Origin: Lepidodermella squamata
Taxonomy: Eukaryota; Animalia; Gastrotricha
Assembly: GCA_047495785.1 (NCBI GenBank)
Contig: JBLDXI010000001.1
Span: 1,922,001 to 1,986,000, forward strand
Direction: 5' to 3'
Length of the DNA stretch: 64,000 bases
Shown here: piece by piece, positions 31,816 through 46,189 of the stretch
Position numbering within the stretch: position 1 is the stretch's first letter
Layout of the letters: each line of letters begins with the position of its first letter
Notes under the pieces: generated by a model
What the model was told of the DNA's origin: nothing
Seen by the model: only the letters and a program-made list of their open reading frames with translations
Databases searched by the model: none
Program-made: the position numbers and the translations under genes

Positions 31816-34800
31816 TCAAATACCGAAGTTGGGCGATGATGTTGTTGTTGTCAGGAAAGCATCACAGTTCGGTTGAGGCGGGGATCTCGAAACGGCGCCT
31901 AATAGATGAAAAAACACATTGAAGAATCCGATTTCCCATGAACCCACAGCCTCAAAAAACCGAAAACAATCACCAGATGCTTGTGGGATTTTTTCCGTAT
32001 AATTTTGATGGCAATAAAACATGATACTGAGGGCCTAAATTATGAAATAACTTACGGCAAAATCCATCTCCGGTGCTAAGTGGTCCCAGTAGTAGGTAGT
32101 CTTCTGGGCACTGATAGCACATGTTTGTGGTTCCGCAGATTCGGGTCGAAGGTTGCTGGCCGTATTGAATCGGGTCGAGAGTACATCGGCCACCCTTCGC
32201 AATATTCAGCGTAGAACCTTCACTCACACAGATTGTCTTGGTTTTAAAGGTTCCGGTCGATTGCTCGACGTAGCCGACTAAAGCTCGCTGGTTGTACTGG
32301 CCGCAGGCGCAGCGGCCACGTAGGCAAGTACCGCCAGCGTAGGTGAAGCCGGCCCAGTTGCCGCCGGGCACGCGGCACTCGTTCTCGTCGGAGCACGGGT
32401 CGCCGAACTCGCGGTTGATGCACGTTTGCGTTGTGTTGTCCCACAATTGCCAAATATTAGCGCAGTCGCACATGTAGTAGTCCATGTTGCAAGTCAGGCC
32501 TTCAACGCACTGATTGCTCGATGAACACTCGTCGCCGTAGCCGCCAACGCCGCGTTGCCGGATGCAGTCACCGCCGGTATAGGACGGCTAAAAATAAGCA
32601 TCATAAGTTTAATTATTTTCAGTATTTTTTCCAGGTATTCTAGAGAGCATCATTGCGCACCGTTGAGAATTTAGGTCAACCGGCGACCAGTAAATTTTTC
32701 TCCACAAATTAGCTATAATTTAATAACTTTTAAATATGGGGGTGACTTTTGTTGAGTTTAATCGGGCAATTTTCAAAGATTTTTTCAAGATTTTTTCAAG
32801 ATTTTTCGCTTTGATGACGTTTCCAAATTATTAATGATTCCGAGACGTAGCAATCAGGTCGATCTCGTGCTAAGAATAAAATAATAAGAACCTAAGCCAT
32901 GAACTATAAATGTATGGGCCTCGGAATCTCCGTTTTCAGAAATGAAAAATTCTGAAAACGGAGATGAAAAATTAAGGAGGATTTTTCAAAATCAGGTGAT
33001 AAAGAGATTATTGCGATTTTTCTGATTCTGAAAGCTGAATCAAAATATCACTAGGACAACATCTCTCCCATCCCAGTTTTCAGTGAATAAATCTTACCGA
33101 GTAGCCCCATTTGCACCGGACAATGCCGCGATCACACCGGGCGTTTTTCGGGAGGATTTCGTTATCCGAGTAGTAGCAAACGTCATTAAGCGTGCGGGCC
33201 ATAACCGGGTAGCACAGGTTCATAATTGCGTCGATAGCATAGCACGGCTTGCATGCGCAGAAGCCTCTTGTGCACGGCGTATCAACGTTCGTGGCAATGT
33301 TGCAGATTTCATTCGTTCCGCAGTCGGCATTCGTTGAACAGACTAATTTTTCATCAATCTAAATGAAAGCTGAACTGATTTATTGCAAAGCTTACTATCG
33401 CCGACTCGTTTTCGCATGACTGGTTCGGTCGTAGGAGCTGTTGTGGTCGTAGTTGATGCCGTAATGCTGTACCCGAACTGATCGTAACCAGGCGGAATGC
33501 TGCCATCCCGATTGAAATAACCGGCATCAATATCTTACGATGATAAAAAAACGAGATAATTTCTCTTAAAATCGAAGATGGGTCGATAATTACTTTGAGG
33601 CCGCTGTAGGTCAAATGCGATCTGATTTCTCACCGTTCTACACGTTCCTTTCTGATAGCCGTAATTGTCCATGCTGTATTCTTCAGGACACTAATTTTGT
33701 GTCGAAAATCTATAATTTCACTCAAGCTCTATCAATTAATTTTTTTACCTGGTAACAAACGGTTCCAACCTCGCAGACGCTTGTTTGGGTACTGGCACCA
33801 TAACCGATCGGGTTGATGGTGCACCGGACTCCTTTTTTAACGAAAGATGCGCCCGAAACAATGCAAACGGTTTTTGTTGTCAGCGTGTTGTTTTTATCCA
33901 TGACGGTGACTCGAACTTGCGAGACGCCGTTATCGCTGCAAACGCACATGCCGCGCACACACCGTCCCTCACGGTAATTATACCCATCGAAATTCGTAAA
34001 CCACGTGTACCAAGGATGGGCGTACACATTGCACTGAGCGTCACCTATAAAAAAATAAATTGATAAAATTAATAATCTTAAATTAATAAAAAATTCCAAC
34101 AATTCAATAATAATCTCGCATTTTTTTTAATATCGAAAATTTCATTTTTAAGTTAAATAAAAATTATAATTACGCGTGCATGGGTCTCCGTACTCGCGCC
34201 TTACGCATTTTTGCCTCGCCATGTCGAATCGCATATAAACAGCCCGGCAGACGCAGATGTACTTGGCGCCATCGCCGCACTGCATGTCACCCATGCAGTC
34301 GGAGGCTTTCTGGCACGGCGCACCCTCGCCCAATTGATTGTATACAGGCTGGCCGGATATGCCACCGCTGGCGACCGGTCTCACGCAGGAATTGCTGGAA
34401 TTAACAAAGTCAGGCAGGCAAACGACCAGATTACTACGGCAGAAAGCGTTAGCCGGTAGTACTTCATAAGTGAAGTTTGAACACGACTCGTTCAGCCTTC
34501 TCTGAACGACTAAAAAACCAAAAATCAATCAATCAATCGAAAGGGCTTTCTTCCTTAAAAAATTACGTCTTTGGCACGTTCCAGAGCCATCGTCGATAAA
34601 ACCTTGAAGGCAGGTGCATATGCCTTTCTCGCAAGGTGTGTCCTATGTAAGGTGTTAAAATATTTCGGCTATAAATCGGGAAATATCTCACCAGATCTTT
34701 ATTAATAATGCACTCTTCGTTGAAACTGCACTCATTGTTATTTGAGCACACTATAAATTGAAAAAATTGACATAATTTCGAAAAAATTGAGGCGAAAATG

Positions 34801-34890
34801 GCACTCACTTCCACCGGCGGCCGAAACTTGGCTGATCGCCAAAACGGCGAGTAGCCCCGCTAACAGCAACACCGTTTTCACTGAAAACAT
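31816..34890 (-). CDS. Secreted cysteine-rich (EB-module-like) protein with two tandem ~200-aa units
   Basis: Signal peptide MFSVKTVLLLAGLLAVLAISQVSA; repeated RE[YF]GDPC...G.C.RG.C.C...K.TVC...C..DPI.YG...CYQCPE; multi-exon. Confidence 0.8.
32775..32807. repeat. Intronic short tandem repeat (~3x caagattttt)
   Basis: Read directly from the sequence. Confidence 0.6.
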
Positions 34891-35642
34891 CCTCCCGTCG
34901 TGACCAGTTGGGCTATTTTTGACCGCTTATAAATTTCTAATAAAAAAAAACGTAAAGCGTTATTAGGTACCAGGTCAATTCCGGAATTTCCTGATCTCTG
35001 GGTGGAACTGGGTCGATTATTTTTAGCCGGTATTATTTCATTTTAAATACTGGAAGTAAAAAAGTACTGATCAATGTTTTCAAGTGCGTTGTGACACAAA
35101 GAACAGGTGTGTATTTGACGCACGTGAGTTCATTCGATGGAGGGCGATAGGGTAACAGCCAGGCAGCCAGCCAGCCGGGGAGTCGAGCGCATTTCAGCAG
35201 CAGTCGACGGCAATTATTTTATTTATTGTTATTATTTACTGCACGGCGTGTTATTACTAAGCTAATGAATACAAAAAGCCGTGAGAAATGTGTTTGAAAT
35301 TTTGACGCGCGCGCGCACCCTCGCACACACACACACATACCTTGGGTTAACACGCATTACGATGAAGAAAAAAACGTGTTTTCAGTTGTTTTAATTCTGC
35401 AGCAATGTCTCGCTGTAAGTGATAACGATAATAATAATAGCCATAATCCAGTGCACCCGCACCTTGTTCACCCAAAAAATATACGGGGAAAACTTGACCA
35501 GCCAAAATGTAGCGCTGTTCAAATGAGACACCCAGACGCGCCTCGCGTATTACCGGTGCACCTGAAAAAACTGGACAGTACCGGATATGCACTGGTCGTT
35601 AAATTTATTTTTTAGCAAGCGTAAAAATTGACATTATTTCAG

Positions 35643-38601
35643 CTAATTTTGAGACAAACAAAAGCTATCGTGTAGATTTGAGTTGCCGAATAAGCAGTTG
35701 GCACAGATGAGATTTTCTTGACAAAAATCGCTGCCGTCGGGTTCGGGCGAGCAGCGCTGTCTTAATGAGCGCGCCTCTTCATTAACCGGTACACATCTCA
35801 ATTTCTTCTCGGCCTCGGTATTTTTGCTGCTCGAAGTTACGGGGTAATAACTGTGTTGCACCGGTTTGAAGCCGTCGCGGCATTCGCACGTTGACGAGGT
35901 AGTATTGCACAGTGAATTCGATATGACGTAACAGTCGTCATCGTTCGAACATGAATCACCAATTTCGACTAAAAAACATAGGATAATTATTTTTGTAATT
36001 AAGGCAGCTTTTTCGCACCTTGTGTGCATGAGTATTTCAATCCCGATTTTTCATTTGATTTGAAACCAGCCGGGCAGGCACAGGTCCGATTTGTGCATCG
36101 GAGACCGCGGAAGCACTGGGAATGATCAGTGCAAGGGTCGCCGATAAATTGCGACTCCCAAACTGTGCAATCAATGGGCGATCCTATCTGACCAAAGTGC
36201 ACCTTTGCGTCCTTAAAAAATGAATAATTTAATTGAAAAAAACAGGAAAATTGATCTATTCACTAATGAGTGCCATTGACGGCTGAATTGGATCGCTGAA
36301 TCGCATTGACATATACCAAATTGGCATTTGGTCCGAGATGATGCGCAATCGTTCGAACAACTTTCTCCCAAAGCTAGCAGGAAATCGATTTGAAAGTTAA
36401 AAATAATATAGTTAAAAATTACTTGGTTGACATTTGCCGCGAATTTCTTCGAAGCCTGGTGCACATACGCACTTGCCGTATTGCCCGCAAACTGGCGCGA
36501 CAAGGCCGCAAACCAGGTCGCCACGCTTCACTGAACAATCAGCGTTATCAACACAGATATCGCCTAATTTCGGCATTTTCAGCGCGCGCTGTTCCTGCTG
36601 GCTTTCAATCTTCGAATTTTCCACGTAATTTTCGATTTCGGGCTGAGGTGAAGTTGGAGCAGGGTTATCATCGTTTGATGCAAATTTCGAGCGAAGACAA
36701 ATCATGCGATTTGATTGAGCTCCACAGCTAGTGCAGGTTGAGTTTTTGCCACATCTACGAGTCACGCCTTCATTCTTTGTACCACAAGTTTCATTTTCTG
36801 CAGCGAGTTTAATTGATGTTGAAACGCAATTCAGCGCGTATTTGCCCGTCTTTGGTGACCTAATTCGCTCGGTGGTGTAGCCCGTATCACAGGTGCACCT
36901 TTCATTTTCGCAATGGCTGTAAGGCGCTAGGAAGCAATCATTGTTCGATTGACAGAAGTCACCGATCTCGTCTTGAAAAGAAATTTAAATAAAAAAGAAA
37001 TTTTATATTGAAATTGGGGCTCACTATTAACGCAAAGATATCGCTCAGCATATCGCCCAGGAGTTCCGTCGATTTGCCAATATTCAACCAAATGAACGCT
37101 TTCAGAATCGATTCTTTGACCCCTGGGGCAGGTACATCGCGCCGTGTTGTCAATGGTCGTACAAACCATGTTACCATGGCAGTCCCAAGTTCCATTTAAC
37201 GAGCAAGTGTAGCCGTAGAACAAACGGGCACGTTTCGAAATGCACTTCATTCCAGGTCCGATTTGCCAGTCGGCCTCACATTGGCACTGGCCGTTAATGC
37301 ACTCGGCATTCTCGTCAATGCATAGATCTGTGTTTTTGTTCTTACAAGACTCGCCTAGGCTCAGGGCTGAAAAAATTTAATTTTATAATATTTTTTCAGA
37401 ATTTATTAAGCTTGCCTCGTTTGCAAATTCCAGTGATAGGATCGGCCTGATAACCAGAGGAACACAAACATTGGCCTGATTCTTGGCAACCGTCCAACGG
37501 CTTCGAACAAACCATCGCCGGGTCGGAAATTGAGCAATCACTATCCGCGGTACATGTGATTACTTCACTTGATTTTAGCTCAGCCTTAACCCTTCCAGCT
37601 TCGTTGCTAGTAAAAGGTTCATCGTTTGATTTGGTGCAAATTTTGAAGATTCCACCCTCATTGTCGCAAGTTGTACATTGCAAACCATCGGTGCATAGGC
37701 TATTTCTGCGTGGTAAACCAGTCGGATAGGCATCTCCGCAATAATCGCCCTCATTTTCCAGCAATGTATCATTCACTGAAATACACCTCGCCGAAGTTCG
37801 GGGTTGTTGGTTAGGGTAGCTGTAGAATGTTGTAGTCACTTGTTTGAACCCGGGCCTACAAGAGCAAGTTTTCGTTTCGCCGCCACTGCAAATGGTGAAT
37901 TGAGCACTGAAGCAGTCTTCATTTCGACTACAACCATCGCCGATTTGGATCGAGACGCACGTTTCGTCATTGTACCGAGTGGCACTAGGACACCCACAGA
38001 TACCTAAAAATTGTTGGAATTAAATCTTAATTTTTTAATTTTGAAATTTTTTGAACATTTGAAATTTATATAAATAATGATTTTTTAGCAAAAAATTTCA
38101 ATTTCCGAAAATTAGATGCGATTTATGAGGTCGAATTTTTCCCTGAATTTTTGCATTTAAATTTCAAAAATTACCTGCCAAGCACGATAGTCCATGATTG
38201 CAATATCGCCTCAAATTGCAAACCTCGCCGTGCCCAACATATTCAACCGGAGGCGATCGGGATCCAGTTGCGGACCGGTAGCTTTCTGCTGTCGATGTGA
38301 TAACCTGATCGTCCAACTTCATTGTTGTCGTAGCTGTTAACCGCCGCGTTGTAGAAGACAACGATATCGAAGGTGTGCAAATACCAGAGCCGGGTGGAGT
38401 TTCGACGTAGTTATCCGCACATGCACAAAATCCGAAGCCACAAGCTTTTGCCATCCATCGGCAGACAACTCCACTTTCGGATGGCCCGCAATCTGAGGTC
38501 AGTTGACACCTGTCACCTAATTTCAACGCCCAGCTGGGGCTGGTTGAAGACAGCAGTACTACAAGCCCGGCGGAAATTATCATCGGGCTACTGCAAAACA
38601 T
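35643..38601 (-). CDS. Secreted multi-EB-module cysteine-rich protein
   Basis: Signal peptide; repeated LG[DE].C....DC.....C....C.C..G[FY] modules across at least 6 exons. Confidence 0.82.
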
Positions 38602-39655
38602 TGTTGACAATAAAATGTTCAATTGTTATATTTTTACTACAGCGCGGTGGATGTGTAGAGCTCAGCAGTTCATGATTTAGCGCACAGGTATCATCTCGCG
38701 TATCACATTGTCGTTTTTCTTATTCTTCTTTGTCGTGTGTTTTATGTGAGTTATAAATTCGCTGCATTTTTACAACATGTGTATAGCGTAAAAACTTTAA
38801 CGCTCGTAAGAAAACGCGGCTCCTCGGCTTATAAGCTCGTGTCAGGTATCACGTTGTCAAGTCTTAAGAAAGATGACGAGTCGAGAGAGGATTTAGCTGT
38901 TGCTACCGTTGTGACACGCGCAGGTTAAAAGTTATAGAAACAACTTATAACATTTTCGAGCTTTGTTGTAAATAATTGATATAATAACAACACGAATGGT
39001 ATAAGAATAACAACGGTATAAAAGCCGGTGACTGACTTGCTGACGCACCGCGAAGCAATTTGCCTGGCAATTTAGGCAATTAAACATTCAAACTACAAAT
39101 TTGATTGAATTATCGAGGACCAAAATAAAAAATAATCATATGGGAAAGCCTTGAATTTAGCGAGACTGTGTGAAATCGAAAATTTATCTTTTATAAGATT
39201 TTTTTTTAAAGAATTAAAAAATTGATTAAAATTATTTTTAAATTTGAAATTGATTTTTTTTAAATCAATATTGCCCACCAATTTTAAGCAATTTTTCACA
39301 TTTGCAAGATGCGTTATTCAACTAATTTTCGACGATTACGGAACCTTGGCCCAGCTTTTGCTAGAAGAAAAGACTTCGATTTGAACTTTTTCGCGTTTAT
39401 TTTTCATTCATCAGCCACATGTTTAACATCAGAGATTTTTAGCTATTCAAAAATTGGATTGACAATGGATCCATGCTAAAATATAGATAAAATAAAATCG
39501 CGATTAATAGGAAGAAAATTTGAACTAATTCCGCTTGATTAAAGATCACGACCTCGAGATAGAAAATGGAGATGATTAAGATTCCAAGAACAATAATGTC
39601 CTTCGCCTCTCGAAACGTAACAGCGAAGGACACCTTGTTAACTCGATTCACTAAA

Positions 39656-41240
39656 TTACTTGCCAGATTTCTCTGACAAGAAAGCGCAGGTTTTGTCGGA
39701 ATAGCCGTCGATCAAAACGAAAGCAGCCGATAGCAGATTCTCGCCAAAGCCCGTCACCGCGGTTTTGCACTCTTCATTTATCGCCTTGGCAACAGCCTTG
39801 ACGTCTTCTTTCGTTGTATTGCACTGTGAGCTTGAGTCGAATCTCTTATTGCCATGCAAAATGTCACCGAGACGATCGACAGTAGGCTGTACCGTGGCAA
39901 GAGCTGTCTTCACGCATGCCTGGTTTTGGTACAATCGCTGCAAATCATCGTTGGCGCATAAATAGCCGGCAAAGGTGAAGTGGCGCCTAATCCAACTGGC
40001 CTGAACGTGCCATTCCTCGTGGCCGTCGCCATTAGCCAAGTCTTGCATGTCATTGATCAACTTTGTGACGGCAGTAACATCACTGGAAATAATAATAAAA
40101 AATTCCCCCTTAAAATTGATGAATTAAAAAATTTCTTTTGCTATTTACGATTTGCACCGCCACCAGTCGCTTGCACACTCGATCGTCGAGTTGAGAAAGA
40201 CGCAGAAACTGTCGACAAGCTCAAGGCGCGATGTAATCTCCGACTCGCTGAGGCTTGTCAACGAAATAGGGTCCAAGCCCTCGAAAGACTTAGCCTTAGT
40301 CAAAACCTCCAGCTTGAGATTGTGAGCGAAACACCGGTATTTAGCCGCCGTAGTTTTGGCGCTGCAAAATTCAGGCTCAACTTCTTGCTCCGACTCGACA
40401 ATAACCTCAGCCGTGTCATTGCCCCAGTCGAATTCGAGCCATTCAGAGCGGGTTCGGTTGATAGGGCAAGCATCGGCCGAGAAGCCCGGGACGATGGTGA
40501 AAGAAGACGAGAGGAATTTGAACACAGTGTCGGAAATGTCGGATGAGCAACCGTTCTCGACAACTTCCATGAGATCAAATACGCCGGTTTGAGCTTGCAC
40601 GCAGCGGTTGCCGAAATCATTCGACGCCAGGATGTTGCTGAGACGCTTCAACTGAACGTTTCGGAAGTGTTCGCTGGCGTTGGCGAAGGAGTTGACGATG
40701 CACTCTTTCTCCGTGAGGATCTTGCGAAGTCCGTTGGCTTTGTCGCAAACCAGACCGGCGTATCGCATGTAAGTCTGGATTTTGTCGGAAGGCAAGTGCC
40801 ACTCTGACTTGTCCGGGCCGTTCACGGTGTCTTGGACAGCATTGACTAAGCTAGTCACAGCTTCGATATCCCTAAAATGAGAAAAAAATCCGTGATTAAA
40901 GATTCGAATTTCGTAAGATTTAATAAGTGAAAATTGGAGAATAAGCTTACCTGCTGCATTCGTACCAAATACCAGCTCGGCCACATGTCGTCGATTCAAG
41001 GAAAGGATTGCAGAACACGTCCAAGGCGTCGATTTTGTCCTGGATTTGCGCCACCTCCATTTTCGTTAGAGCAACCAAGTTGACATCCTTAAGTATCGCG
41101 ACTCGTTTGAGAATTTCAGCCGTGAAAAGTGGGGTTAGGCACGTATAAGGAACGGCTCTTGAGTCGCAGAATTCCGGATCCTCGGCCGAAATGAGAGCAA
41201 TTGCGAGGTTGACGAGTACAGCTACGGCGAAACGAGCCAT
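39656..41240 (-). CDS. Secreted helical cysteine-containing protein with two internal repeats (DUF19-like, tentative)
   Basis: Signal peptide MARFAVAVLVNLAIALISA; repeats EWH.....I......AG..C.....L......C; 3 exons. Confidence 0.72.
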
Positions 41241-43320
41241 ATTTTGATAAAGCTAGGTATAACAAGTTGTCGAAAGAAAATTTCAGAAACTAGTAATTAA
41301 TAATGTGATCTCCGGCAAGTGGAACCGGCGTATTTTAAATCGCAGCGTACTCCTCCGCCTAATCTCGTAGTGAAAGAGAGCCGCCTACGGAGGTGCGCGT
41401 GGTTTTTTGTCGCCAAAAAATGCAAAACTACAACAAAGTGAGAATAATACGTGTTGAATCGAGGGATTACTAATAATTGATATATTATTGTTTTGTTCAC
41501 GTTTAGGGCTTTTTTAGCTCTACCATCTATAATAATACAGTAAATAGTCGTCGCTGAAGCGTGGTTGAAAAGCAACATGCGTGCACGGAGGCGCCAGCAA
41601 TGATGACGCGCGTGTGGTGAAGAAGTGGTGCTCGGCGCAGTGTTGTCACGCCGGCCAACGTAGCCACGACTAAATAAATAAGGATTATACAAAAACTGAG
41701 ACGGTTATAATCGCGTGATGATTAGCATATAAATATCACCAATATCATTACAGCGGGTTAATTTTTTTATTATATTAAAAAACTGCATAAATCCTAGCTC
41801 ATTAAATACCGGCGTCTGATGATTCATCCAGCACCTGGGAATGAATAATCCGCAGATCGTGAACATTAGAACAAGGTTAACAAGGATTGGTTATCTGTCT
41901 TGATGAACACTCTGAATACGGACAATCTAGCGGGTTTTTTGACGAAGGATCAAAGAAAAATTGCTAATATGCTATCAGGAACGCACCCCTGCTGAGAATT
42001 ATGATTCATGCATTTTTCCCAACCTTACCCTAAATCATGCACGCGAAGAAAATCGTGAAAGGTGTGCCGGCTTGAGCAAGAACGATTTTCAGCTTTCACC
42101 AAGGCCTGATTTAGCTTTTCTTGTTTTCCACAATGCTCTTACCCACTATCCTACCCACTTACCAAAACCCCAACGTACCCCTGAAAGAGCTTCCCGATAT
42201 GGGCTAGCGTGGGTATAAATGTGGCATAATTCTTCCAAAATCTGTTGAGTAGCTAGCGCAAGATTCATCGCCTCAAAATGGGTTGGTTAGTAATTTTGCT
42301 CACTGAAACAGAAGATCTAACACTAAATTGGCAAAATGTAAAACCAGATTGAACAAGTCGTAATTGAGGTCAAATCTTCCAACGAAATAGCTGAAAATGC
42401 TTAGTTAGGCCGAGTCACGCACCAAGAACAAAGCTTGTACGTGCTTACTATTTGAAAAACGTTACCGACTGGCCACAAAGAGCCGAATGGGGACAAAGTT
42501 CATTGATCAGATTACGAATCAATTTAATGAGGAGTTTCCAGAAATTGAAGAGTTCCATCGGCCATCGGCGAAAGAATGTTTGACATTCTTCAATTTCTTA
42601 AACTCCCTGAACTTTGCCCCCTGCGGCTTTTTGTGGCCGCACTGTATTTTACTACATGAAAAATTGACGTGTGTCTTAGTCGTAGCCTAGAAGTTGTATA
42701 TCTGCTTGACCTCATTTTCCTCATTTTTTCCTCATCAACTTAGCTTAGAAAACGTCAGTTGCTCCAAGTACTTAAGTGGAGATGGTCAAACTTTCATTTG
42801 TCCGTTTAACCTTATTAAAACCGTTATAGTGGATACGAAGTGTTATTCGAAGTTGGCGGCTCTAATGCCGATGGCGACGGCTATTTTGCGCCGCTGTTAT
42901 TCACCAGGTTGAGCCCTTGGCTAGTATAGAACCTAAACGGTCAGGTAGACTGGTCGAGTCTTGACACCCGGGTTTTTGTTCCTCATTCACAAGACGCCAA
43001 AGATGGAGGGAAATTGGTGTAAAAATCAAATAAAATGAGTGTGGAAAACATTGAGGAATGAGGCGGATTCAAGACAATATAAAGCAAAATAAATATTTAA
43101 AATTTAAAATTTTATGTAAAACTTGTATTTTTTGCTGGTAAATTCCATCCCCTATCCTCGGCAACCCTACTAGCCTTGTTTGGATATCGGTCTCTGTCTA
43201 TTGTCTATTGTCTTAGAAGCGGCATCCGATGTTAAAAATATCGCCATATTTTACAATTTTAATCGCTAATTTTTATTCGATCAAAGATGAAGGCTGATAA
43301 ATAGCTTATAGACTTGAATT

Positions 43321-43806
43321 TTATTGGAAAAGATTGACTAGAAGCGCCACAACAACCATCATGGCCGCTGAAGAGTATCGAAGCGTAGCACCGGTATTGC
43401 ACAAGTCTTGGTCGTTGCAGAAGCAGATGTAGCTTTTCATTTTCTTGCCAACGCTCAAAAATTGACAGCCAAGCTCTTGGTTAACCATCCCGCAGCTCCT
43501 GAAAGAGAACATTTAGGCTGGCTAATTTTTAAATTTTTAGCGCGAACTTAGTTGTTTTTGTAACACCGTCCTCAGTCGTGTACCTCGCTCCGCAGTTCAA
43601 GCAACCATTAACTTCCTCTACGGCCTCAGGATCAGCCTTGTCGACCGGGAATTTATTTGTGTAACATTTCATTGCTTCGACTGTAATACACAAGAAACAA
43701 ATGGAAATTTTGCCGACTTTCTGATAAATCACTAAATACCTTGCGAAAATGAAACGGCTAGCAAGACTAGGCCGATGACACAAGCAAAATACGCTACCTT
43801 TGCCAT
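43321..43806 (-). CDS. Ly6/uPAR three-finger, GPI-anchor-type protein
   Basis: Signal peptide; MKCY...CLNC...RSCG...GC...ICFCNDQDLCN; hydrophobic C-terminus. Confidence 0.85.
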
Positions 43807-44111
43807 TGTGATGATCGATAAAGAAAATAATTAAGTCGGAATAGGTTTGTCAACTGGTTTTTACGGACTGAACAATGACTCTCGCCCATTTTTTCACTTC
43901 TTATCTTGTCTGCAGGGCTTATCAAAGTGATATCAGGCGATGGTGCCACCATTACCGAGTGCGTTGAGATGAAAATGCTGATTTTTTGCCCACTCTTTGC
44001 TCAAAAGGACCCATCATGAATGAGCTCGGGTGAATGGAGCTTCTCTTATGATGAATATTGCGACTCTCTCAGCTAATATCAAAGGCTACGTCGATTTAAT
44101 GGCGAGAGATT

Positions 44112-45432
44112 ATGGCTACCAATTTTTCAGGCGTGATCTCGAAGAATCAACTTATTCTACCTTTATCAGTTTTCGTAGCCGGTTTCCTTCTATTCTATTC
44201 ACTGCTACATCATAGAAAATTCTACGGATTTTGGACCAATGCCAAGCTATTTAAGAAATCGATTAATTGCCGAGACGACTGGCCTGATTTCGAATTTTTC
44301 ATGCCAATCTCCGCAAATGAGACCAGCCTGTTTGAAATCAGAAACTGGTTCTTACCATCACTAGTTTTATTCTGGCCAAGATCGCCTACTGTCAAGCTAT
44401 TATTTGTGGCTGATGCTGATAAGCCTGAAGCCGTGACTGTCGCTGAAAAAGCGGTGAATGCGACGAAGGTAACCGCCAGTTTCGCCAAGGCTCGATATTC
44501 CCTTGTCGAACCTGCGATCAGGACGAGGCGTTATCTCGATCGGCCTCAATGGGTCAAATTTTGGGCTGATAATTTGACGACGACCCAGTTCGTCGCTTTT
44601 GTCGATAGTGATACGGTTTTCTCAACGCGAGTCACTTTCCGTGATTTATTCGAGGGCGGAAAACCAATCGTAAGAGCGAATTTCGGGAAACCTAAAGAAT
44701 TGACCGGCTTCTGGTATAGAGTTTCTCAAGGGACATTAGATTACACCGGTTTCAAAGGTAAAAATCCTATTTCCTAATAAATAAATGTGACCTATGATTT
44801 TCACGTCAGAACCATTCAATTGCATGTCCTACTTCCCGGTTGTGATTAGAAGGACCCATTTTAAAGAAATTCGTCAAGTCTTAATAGACCAATATCTGAA
44901 ACTCGAGCCGAAAAACGCGAATTTCAACGATGCTATAGAGCATTTCCTATCTCAAAACTACTTTTCAGAATTCAACATATTTTGCGCAGTTTTGTGGAAT
45001 AAATTTCGGGACGATTATTTCTGGATAATCAACGACGTCCGGCTGCCTATTAAACTAATTGCCCCGGGCCAAGTTGATTCTATCGAGGAGGCTGGCATTA
45101 CCTTGGAAATGCTGAATCGAACCCGGCCTCATATCGCTATTCATTGGAGCTATCAAACTCTCACGCCTGATAAGCGTCGGATAGCTATTGAAGACGTTTT
45201 TCGGCTCGGCGTTTGCTATTCAGCGCCCTCGTCATCTCAGCCGAAATTTTGCGAAGCGATGAGAGTTGACCGGTGGAATACAACGAATCTGTACGAATTT
45301 GCCTTTGAAGCTGAGGATTTTTCTATGGTTCGTGGTGCTTTGCAATCTCATGTGGACAGAATCACCCTTAACGACCAATGTCCTCATTACTGGGACAAAC
45401 ACATTTTGGCCTCTTTGATTTATGGAAGATGA
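44112..45432 (+). CDS. Type II membrane glycosyltransferase-like protein (GT-A fold, DxD)
   Basis: N-terminal TM LILPLSVFVAGFLLFYSLL; KFWAD...FVAFVDSDTVF; intron 44758-44809. Confidence 0.72.
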
Positions 45433-45964
45433 AGAAATAAAGAAAAATTTCAGGATTTATTCTTCGGTAATTTTCTGTTTATTTTACCATCTTGAAAAGC
45501 TGATTTAACGCGATATTCAGCTGATTTCTAATTGAATCCAAGAAGTTTTTACTCAATGGATATATTCTTAACTATTCATGTCCATCATATCATTTGAATA
45601 TATATAGAAATTCGAGGGATAATCCCATTCTTGATTTACTTTGTTTTGACGTTAAGCGAAGCGCACACCATAAATTCAGGGCTCCAGCGATAAAACTTTT
45701 AGACTCCAGCTGTAAATTTCTGAAAAATATGGTTTTTCGAGTGACTTAGATGAATTCAGTCCCGTAATTGCGTATCGTATGCGCAGCGTACATCGTTTTT
45801 GAGTAAACACGTTTCGTAGCCGGTGAAATGACTCATTTCCACATACACAAAAAGAATGATCCACCAATCACACCAGGTTATTTTTTATTAGCAGATCGGT
45901 ACAAATAATATGGTACAACAAAATTCTTATATCATTAAGGTTACGAATAACATTAACATGAAGG

Positions 45965-46189
45965 TTAACATCCAGATGAACCGAATCCATTATGGCCAAT
46001 TGTCGAATCTGCTGCTACAGCATTTTGGATTGGTCCCTTTACTTCTACGGCTAATTCTAAGCGACCGTATTTTAAACAGACTAACTGTGTCATACGGTCG
46101 CCTATTTTAATAGGGTAAGGTGTTTTGCTGTTGTTAGCAAGGCACACTGCGATTATTTCGGTGTAATCTCGGCGTCTTAAAAACAGCAC
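45965..46189 (-). pseudogene. dUTPase fragment (motifs 3-5, degenerate)
   Basis: RDYTEII (motif 3), GDRMTQL (motif 4), GHNGFGSSG (motif 5); no intact N-terminus. Confidence 0.8.

Noticed and set aside
41300-43300. Short ORFs in a long intergenic stretch, possible TE relic
   Set aside because: No recognisable domain motifs or terminal repeats.
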